Notes: generated from the sequence alone by a model not told the origin. A stretch of 64,000 bases of DNA from Clostridia bacterium (GCA_017447775.1 JAFSMU010000010.1:12008-76007); one strand, 5' to 3'. Numbered from the stretch's first letter, positions 17,534 through 25,584 are shown. Translations and numbers: made by a program.

Positions 17534-20062
17534 TTGAAAAAATACTTTTCCGATAAAATACCGAAAAGCGACAGGATAACAAGGCTTGTCGAAAATCTAT
17601 ATAGAAAGATGCCGGAGATAGAAGCTGACCGCGGCGTGCTTATTACGGAATCATATAAGCAGACCGAGGGTGAGCCGATAATCACTCGCCGCGCCAAGGC
17701 GTTTGCACATATACTTGACAATATCCCGATCACCATTCGTGACGAGGAGCTTATCGTCGGCTCGGCGACAAAAGCGCCGCGCGGCTGTCAGGTGTTCCCG
17801 GAGTATTCATACGAATGGCTCGAAGCGGAGTTTGACACTGTCGAAACGCGCGTTGCCGATCCGTTTTACATATCGGAAGAAACCAAAAAGACTCTTCACG
17901 AAGTATATAAATACTGGAAAGGCAAGACTGTTTGCGAGCTTGCCACATCGTATATGGATCCGAACGCGCTCGCGTCGTTTAGACACGATATGTTCACGCC
18001 GGGCAACTACTACTTCAACGGCATCGGACACGTCACAGTCGACTATCCGAAGGTACTTCGCATCGGATATCGCGGCATTATCGATGAAGCGAAGGCGGCA
18101 AGGGAAAAGCTCTCCGTCGCCGACGCGGACTTTGCAAAGCGTTCACACTTCCTTGACGCGGTGATAATGAGCTGCGAGGCGGCGATCCGCTACGCAAAAA
18201 GATACAGCGCACTTGCGGCAAAGGAAGCGAAAAACACTTCCGACATGAAGCGCCGCGCCGAGCTTGAAAATATTTCGCGCATTTGCGATTACGTCCCCGA
18301 ACACGGCGCGACATCGTTTTACGAGGCGCTGCAAAGCTTTTGGTTCGTGCAGATGCTTATACAGATGGAGTCGAGCGGACACTCGATCTCGCCGGGGCGT
18401 TTCGATCAGTATATGTACCCTTATTTCAAAGCGGACATCGACGCGGGGAAGATCACGCGCGAGTTTGCACAGGAGCTTATCGACTGCGTTTGGGTTAAGC
18501 TCAACGATCTCAACAAATGCCGCGACGCTGTAAGTGCCGAGGGATTTGCCGGGTACAGCCTTTTCCAGAACCTCATCGTCGGCGGCCAGGATATTCACGG
18601 GCTGGACGCTACAAACGATTTGTCGTTTATGTGCATTGACGCTACAATGCACGTATTCCTTCCTCAGCCGTCATTCTCGATAAGAGTATGGAACGGCTCG
18701 CCGCACGAGCTGCTCATCCGCGCCGCGGAGCTGACGCGCACGGGCATCGGATTCCCGGCTTATTACAATGATGAAGTTATCATACCGCAGCTTCTTTCTC
18801 GCGGACTGAAGATCGAAGAAGCGCGCGATTACAACATAATCGGTTGCGTTGAGCCGCAGAAAGCGGCGAAGACGGACGGCTGGCACGACGCGGCGTTCTT
18901 CAATATGTGCCGCCCGCTCGAGCTGGTGTTCTCAAACGGCGTCGACAAGGGCGTTCAGCTCGGGCCGAAAACGGGCGACGTTACGAAGTTCACAACGTTT
19001 GACGAGTTCTACGGCGCATATAAAAAGCAGATGGAATTTTTCATCGAAATGCTCGTCAACGCCATCAACGCCATCGACGTGGCACACGCCGAAAGATGCC
19101 CGCTCCCGTTTGAATCCTCTATGGTTGACGACTGCATAGCTCGCGGCAAGAGTCTGCAGGAAGGCGGCGCCGTCTATAACTTCACAGGGCCGCAGGGATT
19201 CGGGATCGCCAACATGGCCGACGCGATGTGGGCTGTGAAAACGCTTGTTTTTGAACAGCATAAATACACTCTCGCCGATTTCAAAGAGGCGATGGACAAC
19301 AACTACGGCGAGGAAACGGACGCTCATCACGCGGAAAAACTGACAAAAGCCGTCGTTTCGGAGATCGTCAAGACAGGCCGCGCGATAAGCGAGGGCGATA
19401 TCGCAACGATATACAAAGAGGTACGCAAAAACAACTGCACCGAAGAACAGAAAAAGAAATACCGCGCGCTCCGCGAGGATATAGACGCGCTTCCGAAATT
19501 CGGCAACGACATCGACGAGGTCGACTCGTTTGCAAGGGAAGTTACATACACGTACACGCGCCCGATGGAAACGTATAAAAATCCGCGCGGCGGGCACTTC
19601 CAGGCAGGACTGTATCCCGTTTCGGCGAATGTGCTACTCGGCGGACAGACGGGACCGACGCCCGACGGCAGACTCGGATTCACACCTGTTGCTGACGGCG
19701 TAAGCCCGGCGGCAGGCAGAGATGTTAAAGGCCCGACGGCGGCGGCGAACTCCGTTTCTCGCATCGACCATTTCATCGCGTCAAACGGCACGCTGTTCAA
19801 TATGAAATTCCACCCGACGGCGCTCGCAGGCACGCAGGGACTCGAAAACTTCGTGGCACTGGTTCGCGGATACTTCGACAGGAAGGGCTCGCATATGCAG
19901 TTCAATGTCGTCAGCCGCGAAACGCTGCGCGACGCGCAGAAGAACCCCGATAAATACCGTTCGCTCGTCGTCAGAGTCGCGGGTTACAGCGCACTGTTCA
20001 CTACGCTTTCAAGAGCGCTTCAGGACGATATCATAAAACGCACGGAGCAGGGAGAATTCTGA
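17534..20062 (+). CDS. glycyl radical enzyme, dehydratase-type (probable B12-independent 1,2-propanediol dehydratase)
   Basis: PFL-fold length. The glycyl radical motif RVAGYS has its Gly codon at 19982-19984. The thiyl loop GCVEP has Cys at 18845-18847 and Glu at 18851-18853. Start preferred at TTG 17534, 9 nt after GAGGAGG; the track start is TTG 17516. Confidence 0.9.
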   Translation: MKKYFSDKIPKSDRITRLVENLYRKMPEIEADRGVLITESYKQTEGEPIITRRAKAFAHILDNIPITIRDEELIVGSATKAPRGCQVFPEYSYEWLEAEFDTVETRVADPFYISEETKKTLHEVYKYWKGKTVCELATSYMDPNALASFRHDMFTPGNYYFNGIGHVTVDYPKVLRIGYRGIIDEAKAAREKLSVADADFAKRSHFLDAVIMSCEAAIRYAKRYSALAAKEAKNTSDMKRRAELENISRICDYVPEHGATSFYEALQSFWFVQMLIQMESSGHSISPGRFDQYMYPYFKADIDAGKITREFAQELIDCVWVKLNDLNKCRDAVSAEGFAGYSLFQNLIVGGQDIHGLDATNDLSFMCIDATMHVFLPQPSFSIRVWNGSPHELLIRAAELTRTGIGFPAYYNDEVIIPQLLSRGLKIEEARDYNIIGCVEPQKAAKTDGWHDAAFFNMCRPLELVFSNGVDKGVQLGPKTGDVTKFTTFDEFYGAYKKQMEFFIEMLVNAINAIDVAHAERCPLPFESSMVDDCIARGKSLQEGGAVYNFTGPQGFGIANMADAMWAVKTLVFEQHKYTLADFKEAMDNNYGEETDAHHAEKLTKAVVSEIVKTGRAISEGDIATIYKEVRKNNCTEEQKKKYRALREDIDALPKFGNDIDEVDSFAREVTYTYTRPMETYKNPRGGHFQAGLYPVSANVLLGGQTGPTPDGRLGFTPVADGVSPAAGRDVKGPTAAANSVSRIDHFIASNGTLFNMKFHPTALAGTQGLENFVALVRGYFDRKGSHMQFNVVSRETLRDAQKNPDKYRSLVVRVAGYSALFTTLSRALQDDIIKRTEQGEF

Positions 20063-20850
20063 TGGAAGAGTACATGAACATAAAAGGCAGGATATTCGAT
20101 ATCCAACGCTTTTCCGTTCATGACGGGCCGGGGATACGCACGATAGTTTTCCTCAAAGGGTGCTATCTCCGCTGCCGCTGGTGCTGTAATCCCGAATCGC
20201 AGGAATATAAAATTCAAGAGATGACCCTCGCCGGGAAGACGAAGATCGTCGGCCGCGACGTTACCGTCGCCGAGGTCATGACCGAGGTCGAGCGCGACCG
20301 AGTTTACTACGATCGCTCCGGCGGCGGACTTACGCTTTCGGGCGGCGAGTCGCTCGCGCAGCCCGAGTTTGCGCCGGCACTGCTTCGCGCGGCAAAGGAG
20401 AGCGGCATCAATACTGCGATGGAATCGACGGGATTTGCCGAGTGGGCGGTCATTGAGAAGTATCTGCCGTATCTCGACACCTACCTCATGGACATAAAGC
20501 ATATAAACAGTGAAAAACACAAGGCGTTCACAACTCAGCCAAACGAGCTGATACTTGAAAACGCAAAAAAAATAGCGAAAAACGCGAAAAAGCTTATAAT
20601 CCGCACCCCGGTGATACCTACGTTCAACGCAACGCCCGAGGAGATACGCGATATCGCAAGATTTGCAAAATCGCTCGGCACGGTAAGCGAGATGCATATA
20701 CTGCCGTATCACCGCATCGGCTCGGATAAATACGCCGGGCTTGGGCGCGATTATACGCTGAAAGGCATCGAGCCGCCGTCGAAGGAACTGATGAACGAAC
20801 TGCTCGAAGTTGTCAATTCCGAAGGGCTTCGCGGACAGATAGGAGGGTAA
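20062..20850 (+). CDS. glycyl-radical enzyme activating enzyme (radical SAM), minimal PflA-like form
   Basis: CYLRCRWC is the CX3CX2C radical SAM motif, with GGE downstream. There are only four cysteines in total, so no auxiliary ferredoxin-like insert. TGATG overlap with the GRE stop. Confidence 0.92.
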   Translation: MEEYMNIKGRIFDIQRFSVHDGPGIRTIVFLKGCYLRCRWCCNPESQEYKIQEMTLAGKTKIVGRDVTVAEVMTEVERDRVYYDRSGGGLTLSGGESLAQPEFAPALLRAAKESGINTAMESTGFAEWAVIEKYLPYLDTYLMDIKHINSEKHKAFTTQPNELILENAKKIAKNAKKLIIRTPVIPTFNATPEEIRDIARFAKSLGTVSEMHILPYHRIGSDKYAGLGRDYTLKGIEPPSKELMNELLEVVNSEGLRGQIGG

Positions 20851-20851
20851 A

Positions 20852-21229
20852 ATGGACTTTGAAAAGATAGCAAATTCCGAGGGGAAAATGCGAATTATTC
20901 AGGAGAGCGTTCCGGGCAAACAGATAACGCTTTCTCACATCATCGCAAACCCCGACGCGCTCCTTTACCGCAAGCTCGGGCTCGATCCGTCGGTCGAATA
21001 CAGCGCGACGGCGATCGGAATTATGACGATTTGCCCCAGCGAAACGGCGATCATCGCCGCCGACATCAGCATGAAGGCGAGCGGCGCGCGACTCGGATTC
21101 GTCGACCGCTTCAGCGGAACGGTCATTATCACGGGGACGGTTTCGGAGGTTGAATCGGCGCTTGTCGCCGTCAACGAGTACGCCGAAAAGAAACTCGGAT
21201 ATGCCGTGTGCGAAATCACGAAAACGTAA
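20852..21229 (+). CDS. pduU: circularly permuted BMC-H shell protein (PduU/EutS type)
   Basis: 125-aa ORF with a PduU/EutS-like sequence (RIIQESVPGKQITLSHIIANP...GIMT...AIIAADI..KASG). Confidence 0.85.
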   Translation: MDFEKIANSEGKMRIIQESVPGKQITLSHIIANPDALLYRKLGLDPSVEYSATAIGIMTICPSETAIIAADISMKASGARLGFVDRFSGTVIITGTVSEVESALVAVNEYAEKKLGYAVCEITKT

Positions 21230-21648
21230 TGAAAAAAATAATTCTTATCGGGCGCTCGGGCGTCGGCAAAACGACGCTGAAGCAAGCTATGAGAAAAGAA
21301 AAAATCGAATATCACAAAACGCAGTACGTCGATTGGAGCGACTACATCATCGACACGCCGGGCGAGTACGTGGAAAACAAAAATCTGAGCTGCGCGCTCG
21401 GACTATACGCATACGAGGCGGACGTTGTGGGGCTGCTGCTCTCGGCTGACGACTGGTTCTCGGTCTATTCTCCGAATATGGTGGGACTTGTCAACCGCGA
21501 CGTCATCGGCATCGTAACAAAAACCGACCTCGCGTCGCCTAAAAGCGCGGAGCTTTGGCTTGAACTTGCGGGATGCAAAAAGATTTTCAAAGTGAACTCG
21601 ATCACGGGCGAGGGCGTTGATGAGATAGTCGAATACCTAAAACAGTAA
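21229..21648 (+). CDS. eutP: EutP/PduV-family small GTPase
   Basis: The P-loop GRSGVGKTTL follows MKKIILI. TAATG overlap with pduU. Typical length of about 140 aa. Confidence 0.85.
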   Translation: MKKIILIGRSGVGKTTLKQAMRKEKIEYHKTQYVDWSDYIIDTPGEYVENKNLSCALGLYAYEADVVGLLLSADDWFSVYSPNMVGLVNRDVIGIVTKTDLASPKSAELWLELAGCKKIFKVNSITGEGVDEIVEYLKQ

Positions 21649-21683
21649 ATAAAAAAATAAACATAAATCACAAGGAGACAAAA

Positions 21684-22490
21684 ATGGCAACTGTAAACGA
21701 ATATGAGATCAAAAAACAGATCTGCGACATCGGCAAGAGAATTTACAATCGCGGAATGGTAGCAGCCAACGACGGCAACATCTCCGTTAAGCTGAACGAC
21801 CACGAATTCCTCTGCACACCGACAGGCGTATCGAAGGGCTTTATGACTCCGGAATACATCTGCAAGGTCGATGAAAAGGGAAACGTAATTCAGGCAAACG
21901 CGGGCTTCAAACCGTCGTCCGAGATCAAAATGCACATGCGCGTTTATGAAAAACGCCCCGACGTAAAGAGCGTCGTTCACGCACACCCGATGTACGCGAC
22001 AAGCTTCGCTATCGCAGGTATCCCGCTTACTCAGCCGATCATGCCCGAGGCGGTAATCGCTCTCGGATGCGTTCCGATAGCAGAGTACGGATGCCCCTCG
22101 ACAGAGGAGATACCCGACGCCGTTGAAAAGTACCTCCCGTACTTTGACGCAGTCCTTCTTGCAAATCACGGCGCACTGACGTATTCCGATTCGCTCCTCG
22201 CGGCTTACATGAAGATGGAATCGGTGGAGTTCTACGCTCAGCTTCTGTACCAGTCGAGAGTTCTCGGCGGCCCGAAGGAATTCACACCCGAGCAGGTCGA
22301 GCAGCTTTATGAGATCAGAAGAAAATTCGGTATGAAGGGTAAACACCCCGCAAACGTATGCCTTAATGTCAAAGACGGCAAGCCCAGCTGCCACGGCTGC
22401 GGCGGCAACTGCCACAAATCAGCTCAGGGCGACGACTCAGCGCTCGTTGCAGAGATCACAAAGAGAGTAATGGAGCAGCTCGGCAAATAA
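21684..22490 (+). CDS. class II (metal-dependent) sugar-phosphate aldolase, fuculose/rhamnulose-1-phosphate aldolase-like, with C-terminal extension
   Basis: Aldolase_II motifs VVHAHPMYAT and LLANHGALTY. About 49 extra C-terminal residues contain C-x9-CHGCGGNC and the amphipathic helix SALVAEITKRVMEQL. Confidence 0.88.
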   Translation: MATVNEYEIKKQICDIGKRIYNRGMVAANDGNISVKLNDHEFLCTPTGVSKGFMTPEYICKVDEKGNVIQANAGFKPSSEIKMHMRVYEKRPDVKSVVHAHPMYATSFAIAGIPLTQPIMPEAVIALGCVPIAEYGCPSTEEIPDAVEKYLPYFDAVLLANHGALTYSDSLLAAYMKMESVEFYAQLLYQSRVLGGPKEFTPEQVEQLYEIRRKFGMKGKHPANVCLNVKDGKPSCHGCGGNCHKSAQGDDSALVAEITKRVMEQLGK

Positions 22491-22506
22491 TCTTTCAGGT
22501 GAGATT

Positions 22507-22986
22507 ATGAACGAAAAAATCATAAAAGATACCGTAGACGCTATCGTTGAAGAATACGTGCGCCCGACAAATGATATGACGCTTGCGGCGGCGGACAGGC
22601 TTTGCGAAAAGGTGCTGAAATACGCCAAAGAAAAAGGCGTAAACGCCGTTGTGGCCATATCAAACAAAGGCGGACACCCCGTATGCGTCAAATGCGCGGA
22701 CAATTCGTTCATCGCAAGTTATGATATCGCACTGAATAAAGCGTTCACCGTTGTGTCGCTCAAAATGACGACAAAGGAGCTTTCCACGCTCGCCGCACCG
22801 GGCGGATCGCTTTACGGAATACAGTTCACAAACGGCGGCAGGATCGTGATTTTCGGCGGCGGCGAACCGCTGAAAAATAAAAACGGCGATATCATCGGCG
22901 GCCTCGGCGTTTCCGGCGGAACGGAAGAGCAGGACACCGCGATAGCAAAATACGGTAGAGAAATATTTGAGAAAGGAACGAAATAA
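22507..22986 (+). CDS. GlcG/DUF336 (PduO C-terminal-domain-like, haem-binding family) protein
   Basis: 159-aa ORF with a GlcG-like core (GVNAVVAISNKGGHPV..., GGGEPL...G.IIGGLGVSGGT.EQD). About 22 extra N-terminal residues are present (EKIIKDTVDAIVEEYV). Confidence 0.8.
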   Translation: MNEKIIKDTVDAIVEEYVRPTNDMTLAAADRLCEKVLKYAKEKGVNAVVAISNKGGHPVCVKCADNSFIASYDIALNKAFTVVSLKMTTKELSTLAAPGGSLYGIQFTNGGRIVIFGGGEPLKNKNGDIIGGLGVSGGTEEQDTAIAKYGREIFEKGTK

Positions 22987-22987
22987 A

Positions 22988-24184
22988 ATGGATGTAAATT
23001 CCGCTAATATCGAACAGATAGTCAAGCAAGTCCTCGCACAGATGAGCGGAGCCGGCACGGCGCCGAAAGCAAACGGCCCTATTCCGAAAACGGCTCGCGT
23101 TGCGATGCTCACAAAGCTTGAACACTTCGACGTTCGCGAGTTTCCGATCCCCGAGCTTGGCGACGACGATATCCTCGTCAAAGTCGAAGGATGCGGCGTA
23201 TGCGGCACGGACGCTCACGAGTTCAAGAGAGATCCGTTTGGTCTTATCCCGGTCGCTCTCGGCCACGAGGGAACGGGCGAGATCGTGAAAATGGGCAAAA
23301 ATGTAAAAAAAGACAGCGCCGGAAAGCCACTCGCTGTCGGCGACAAGGTCGTAACGTGTATGATATTCAAGGACAACCCCGATATCACAATGTTCGACCT
23401 CAATAAACAGAACGTGGGAGGTGCTGACGTTTACGGTCTTCTTCCGGACGACGATTATCACCTCAACGGCTGGTTCTCCGACTACATACTCGTCAGAGGC
23501 GGTTCGACGATATTCAACGTAAGCGACCTCGACCTCGATTCAAGAATACTTATCGAGCCGTGTGCGGTGCTTGTTCACGCGGTAGAGCGCGCAAAGACGA
23601 CGGGCATACTCCGCTTCAACTCGCGCGTTGTAGTTCAGGGATGCGGTCCTATCGGACTTATCTGCATTGCAGTCCTTCGCACGATGGGTATTGAGAACAT
23701 CGTCGCTGTCGACGGCAACGAACAACGCCTTGAATTCTCGCACCAGATGGGAGCGGGCGCACACGTCAACTTCAAAAACTACAAGGGCATCGAGGAGCTT
23801 GCTCAGGGCGTCAAGGACGCATTCGGCGGGTACCTTGCGGACTTTGCGTTCCAGTGCACCGGCTCTCCGGCAGGCCACTCGAACATTTATAAATTCATTC
23901 GCAACGGCGGCGGCCTTTGCGAGCTGGGATTCTTTATCAACGGCGGAGATGCTACGATAAATCCGCATTTCGATATATGCTCAAAGGAGATCACAACAGT
24001 CGGTTCGTGGGTATACACGCTCCGCGACTACGCGACAACGTTTGATTTCTTAAAGAGAGCGCAGGCGATCGGACTTCCGATGAAGAAGCTCATAACGCAC
24101 AAATTCCCGCTTGATAAGATCAACGATGCGTTTATAACGAATCTCAAACAGGAAGGTCTTAAAATAGCGATAGTCAATGAATGA
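22988..24184 (+). CDS. zinc-dependent medium-chain alcohol dehydrogenase with N-terminal encapsulation-peptide-like helix
   Basis: MDR motifs GCGVCGTDAHEF and GHEGTGEIV, plus the Rossmann motif VVVQGCGPIGL. The N-terminus SANIEQIVKQVLAQMS plus an A/P/G linker precedes the catalytic domain. Start ATG 22988 is preferred over the track start at 22967. Confidence 0.88.
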   Translation: MDVNSANIEQIVKQVLAQMSGAGTAPKANGPIPKTARVAMLTKLEHFDVREFPIPELGDDDILVKVEGCGVCGTDAHEFKRDPFGLIPVALGHEGTGEIVKMGKNVKKDSAGKPLAVGDKVVTCMIFKDNPDITMFDLNKQNVGGADVYGLLPDDDYHLNGWFSDYILVRGGSTIFNVSDLDLDSRILIEPCAVLVHAVERAKTTGILRFNSRVVVQGCGPIGLICIAVLRTMGIENIVAVDGNEQRLEFSHQMGAGAHVNFKNYKGIEELAQGVKDAFGGYLADFAFQCTGSPAGHSNIYKFIRNGGGLCELGFFINGGDATINPHFDICSKEITTVGSWVYTLRDYATTFDFLKRAQAIGLPMKKLITHKFPLDKINDAFITNLKQEGLKIAIVNE

Positions 24185-24201
24185 TCAGGAGAAACGACGC
24201 A

Positions 24202-24516
24202 ATGGGAAAAGCGGTTGGAATAGTTGAAGTATACGGACTTGTGGCGGCGTTCGCGGCGTGCGACGCGGGCTGCAAAGCCGGCAACGTAACTGTTGAAAGG
24301 TTTGACAAAAACAAGCCCGCGAATGCGGACAGCCTTCCGGTTCCGCTGCTTGTGGCGGTAAAATTCCGCGGCGACGTATCCGACGTCGAAATGGCGGTCG
24401 AGGCGGCGCTTGAAGCCGCAAAACGCGTCAGCGGAGTAGTTACGTCCCACATCATCCCAAACGTCGAACAAGACACGGAAAAAATGCTGAAGATCAGCGG
24501 ATTTGACAAAGACTAA
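24202..24516 (+). CDS. divergent BMC-H shell protein with enlarged pore loop
   Basis: BMC-domain core AVGIVEVYGLVAAFAACDAGCKAGNV. The canonical K-I-G-S-G pore segment is replaced by FDKNKPANADSLPVP. Start ATG 24202 lies behind caggaga. Confidence 0.8.
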   Translation: MGKAVGIVEVYGLVAAFAACDAGCKAGNVTVERFDKNKPANADSLPVPLLVAVKFRGDVSDVEMAVEAALEAAKRVSGVVTSHIIPNVEQDTEKMLKISGFDKD

Positions 24517-24525
24517 GGAGCACGG

Positions 24526-24828
24526 ATGAAAGCACTCGGATTTATTGAAATAACGGGCGTTGTCGCCGCGCTTGACGCGCTTGATATCATGTGCAAATCG
24601 GCTGACGTAAGCCTTGTCACATGGGAACGCAAGCTCGGCGGAAGACTTGTAACGCTCGTCGTCGAAGGCGACGTGTCGGCGGTGACAGCCGCTGTGGATA
24701 ACGCGGTCAAGCTGTCGATAAAAAAGCCCGCGGCGCATCTGGTCATACCGAATCCTCACTCGGAAACGCGAAGGATAGTTGAGCTAAGCGCTTCGCGCCT
24801 TAAAAACAAGGAGGCAAAAAATGGCTGA
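24526..24828 (+). CDS. divergent BMC-H shell protein with basic pore motif and K-rich tail
   Basis: [26 protein letters not shown]. The pore segment is RKLGGRL, and the C-terminal tail is [11 protein letters not shown]. Confidence 0.82.
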   Translation: MKALGFIEITGVVAALDALDIMCKSADVSLVTWERKLGGRLVTLVVEGDVSAVTAAVDNAVKLSIKKPAAHLVIPNPHSETRRIVELSASRLKNKEAKNG

Positions 24829-24877
24829 CGAAATTAAAAAAACAAATACAAACACAAAAATCAAGGAGGAAACAAAA

Positions 24878-25156
24878 ATGGCACTTGAAGCACTCGGAAT
24901 GGTAGAAACAAGAGGACTTGTAGCGGCGATCGAAGCAGCCGATGCAATGGTTAAAGCGGCAAACGTAAGACTTATCGGCACACAGAAGATCGGCAGCGGA
25001 CTCGTATCCGTTATGGTTCGCGGCGATGTCGGCGCAGTTAAAGCTGCAACGGAAGCCGGCGGCGCAGCAGCTTCCAAGCTCGGCGAAGTTATTGCGGTTC
25101 ACGTAATTCCTCGCCCGCACTCAGACGTTGAGAAGATACTTCCTTCCATCGACTGA
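24878..25156 (+). CDS. pduA: canonical BMC-H shell protein (PduA/PduJ type), copy 1
   Basis: [30 protein letters not shown]...[24 protein letters not shown] aggagg lies 7 nt upstream. An alternative in-frame ATG at 24821 also has a good RBS and would add 19 residues. Confidence 0.9.
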   Translation: MALEALGMVETRGLVAAIEAADAMVKAANVRLIGTQKIGSGLVSVMVRGDVGAVKAATEAGGAAASKLGEVIAVHVIPRPHSDVEKILPSID

Positions 25157-25210
25157 TAAATAAAGAAAAAAACAAAAAAATAAAATAAAAAATTTTTGGA
25201 GGAAACAAAA

Positions 25211-25489
25211 ATGGCACTTGAAGCACTCGGAATGGTAGAAACAAGAGGACTCGTAGCAGCGATCGAAGCTGCCGACGCTATGGTTAAAGCGGCAAACGTT
25301 ACTCTTATCGGCACGGAAAAGATCGGTAGCGGACTCGTATCCGTTATGGTTCGCGGCGATGTCGGCGCAGTTAAGGCTGCAACGGAAGCCGGCGGCGCAG
25401 CAGCTTCCAAGCTCGGCGAAGTTATTGCGGTTCACGTAATTCCTCGTCCGCACACGGATGTTGAGAAGATCCTTCCCGTTCTCAAATAA
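25211..25489 (+). CDS. pduA: canonical BMC-H shell protein (PduA/PduJ type), copy 2
   Basis: Near-identical paralogue of copy 1, including the RBS ggaggaaacaaaaATG, offset by 333 nt. Confidence 0.9.
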   Translation: MALEALGMVETRGLVAAIEAADAMVKAANVTLIGTEKIGSGLVSVMVRGDVGAVKAATEAGGAAASKLGEVIAVHVIPRPHTDVEKILPVLK

Positions 25490-25517
25490 TAGAGAAACAG
25501 CTTAAAACCTCAAAGCT

Positions 25518-25549
25518 CCGTTTGCCGCGGATAATACCGCGGCAAACGG
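25518..25549 (+). promoter_or_regulatory. intra-operon stem-loop after the major shell genes
   Basis: ccgtttgccgcgg-ataata-ccgcggcaaacgg is a perfect 13-bp stem. It is followed by aaaagtcc, so there is no U-tract. Confidence 0.55.
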
Positions 25550-25584
25550 AAAAGTCCGTTCAAAATACGAAAGGATAATATATC

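Noticed and set aside
17534-20062. Considered calling the GRE a choline trimethylamine-lyase (CutC), which would make this a choline-type GRM.
   Set aside because: The locus context argues against it: a class II aldolase with a targeting peptide, a DeoR regulator and no long N-terminal CutC-type extension. This points to the diol-dehydratase, aldolase-containing GRM type. I cannot verify substrate-pocket residues without an alignment, so the rejection is provisional.
24862-25500. Repeated blocks separated by A-rich spacers looked superficially like a repeat array.
   Set aside because: The repeats are two full-length, in-frame BMC-H genes with RBS sequences. This is a tandem gene duplication, not a CRISPR or satellite array. 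There are no short regular repeat-spacer units anywhere in the window.
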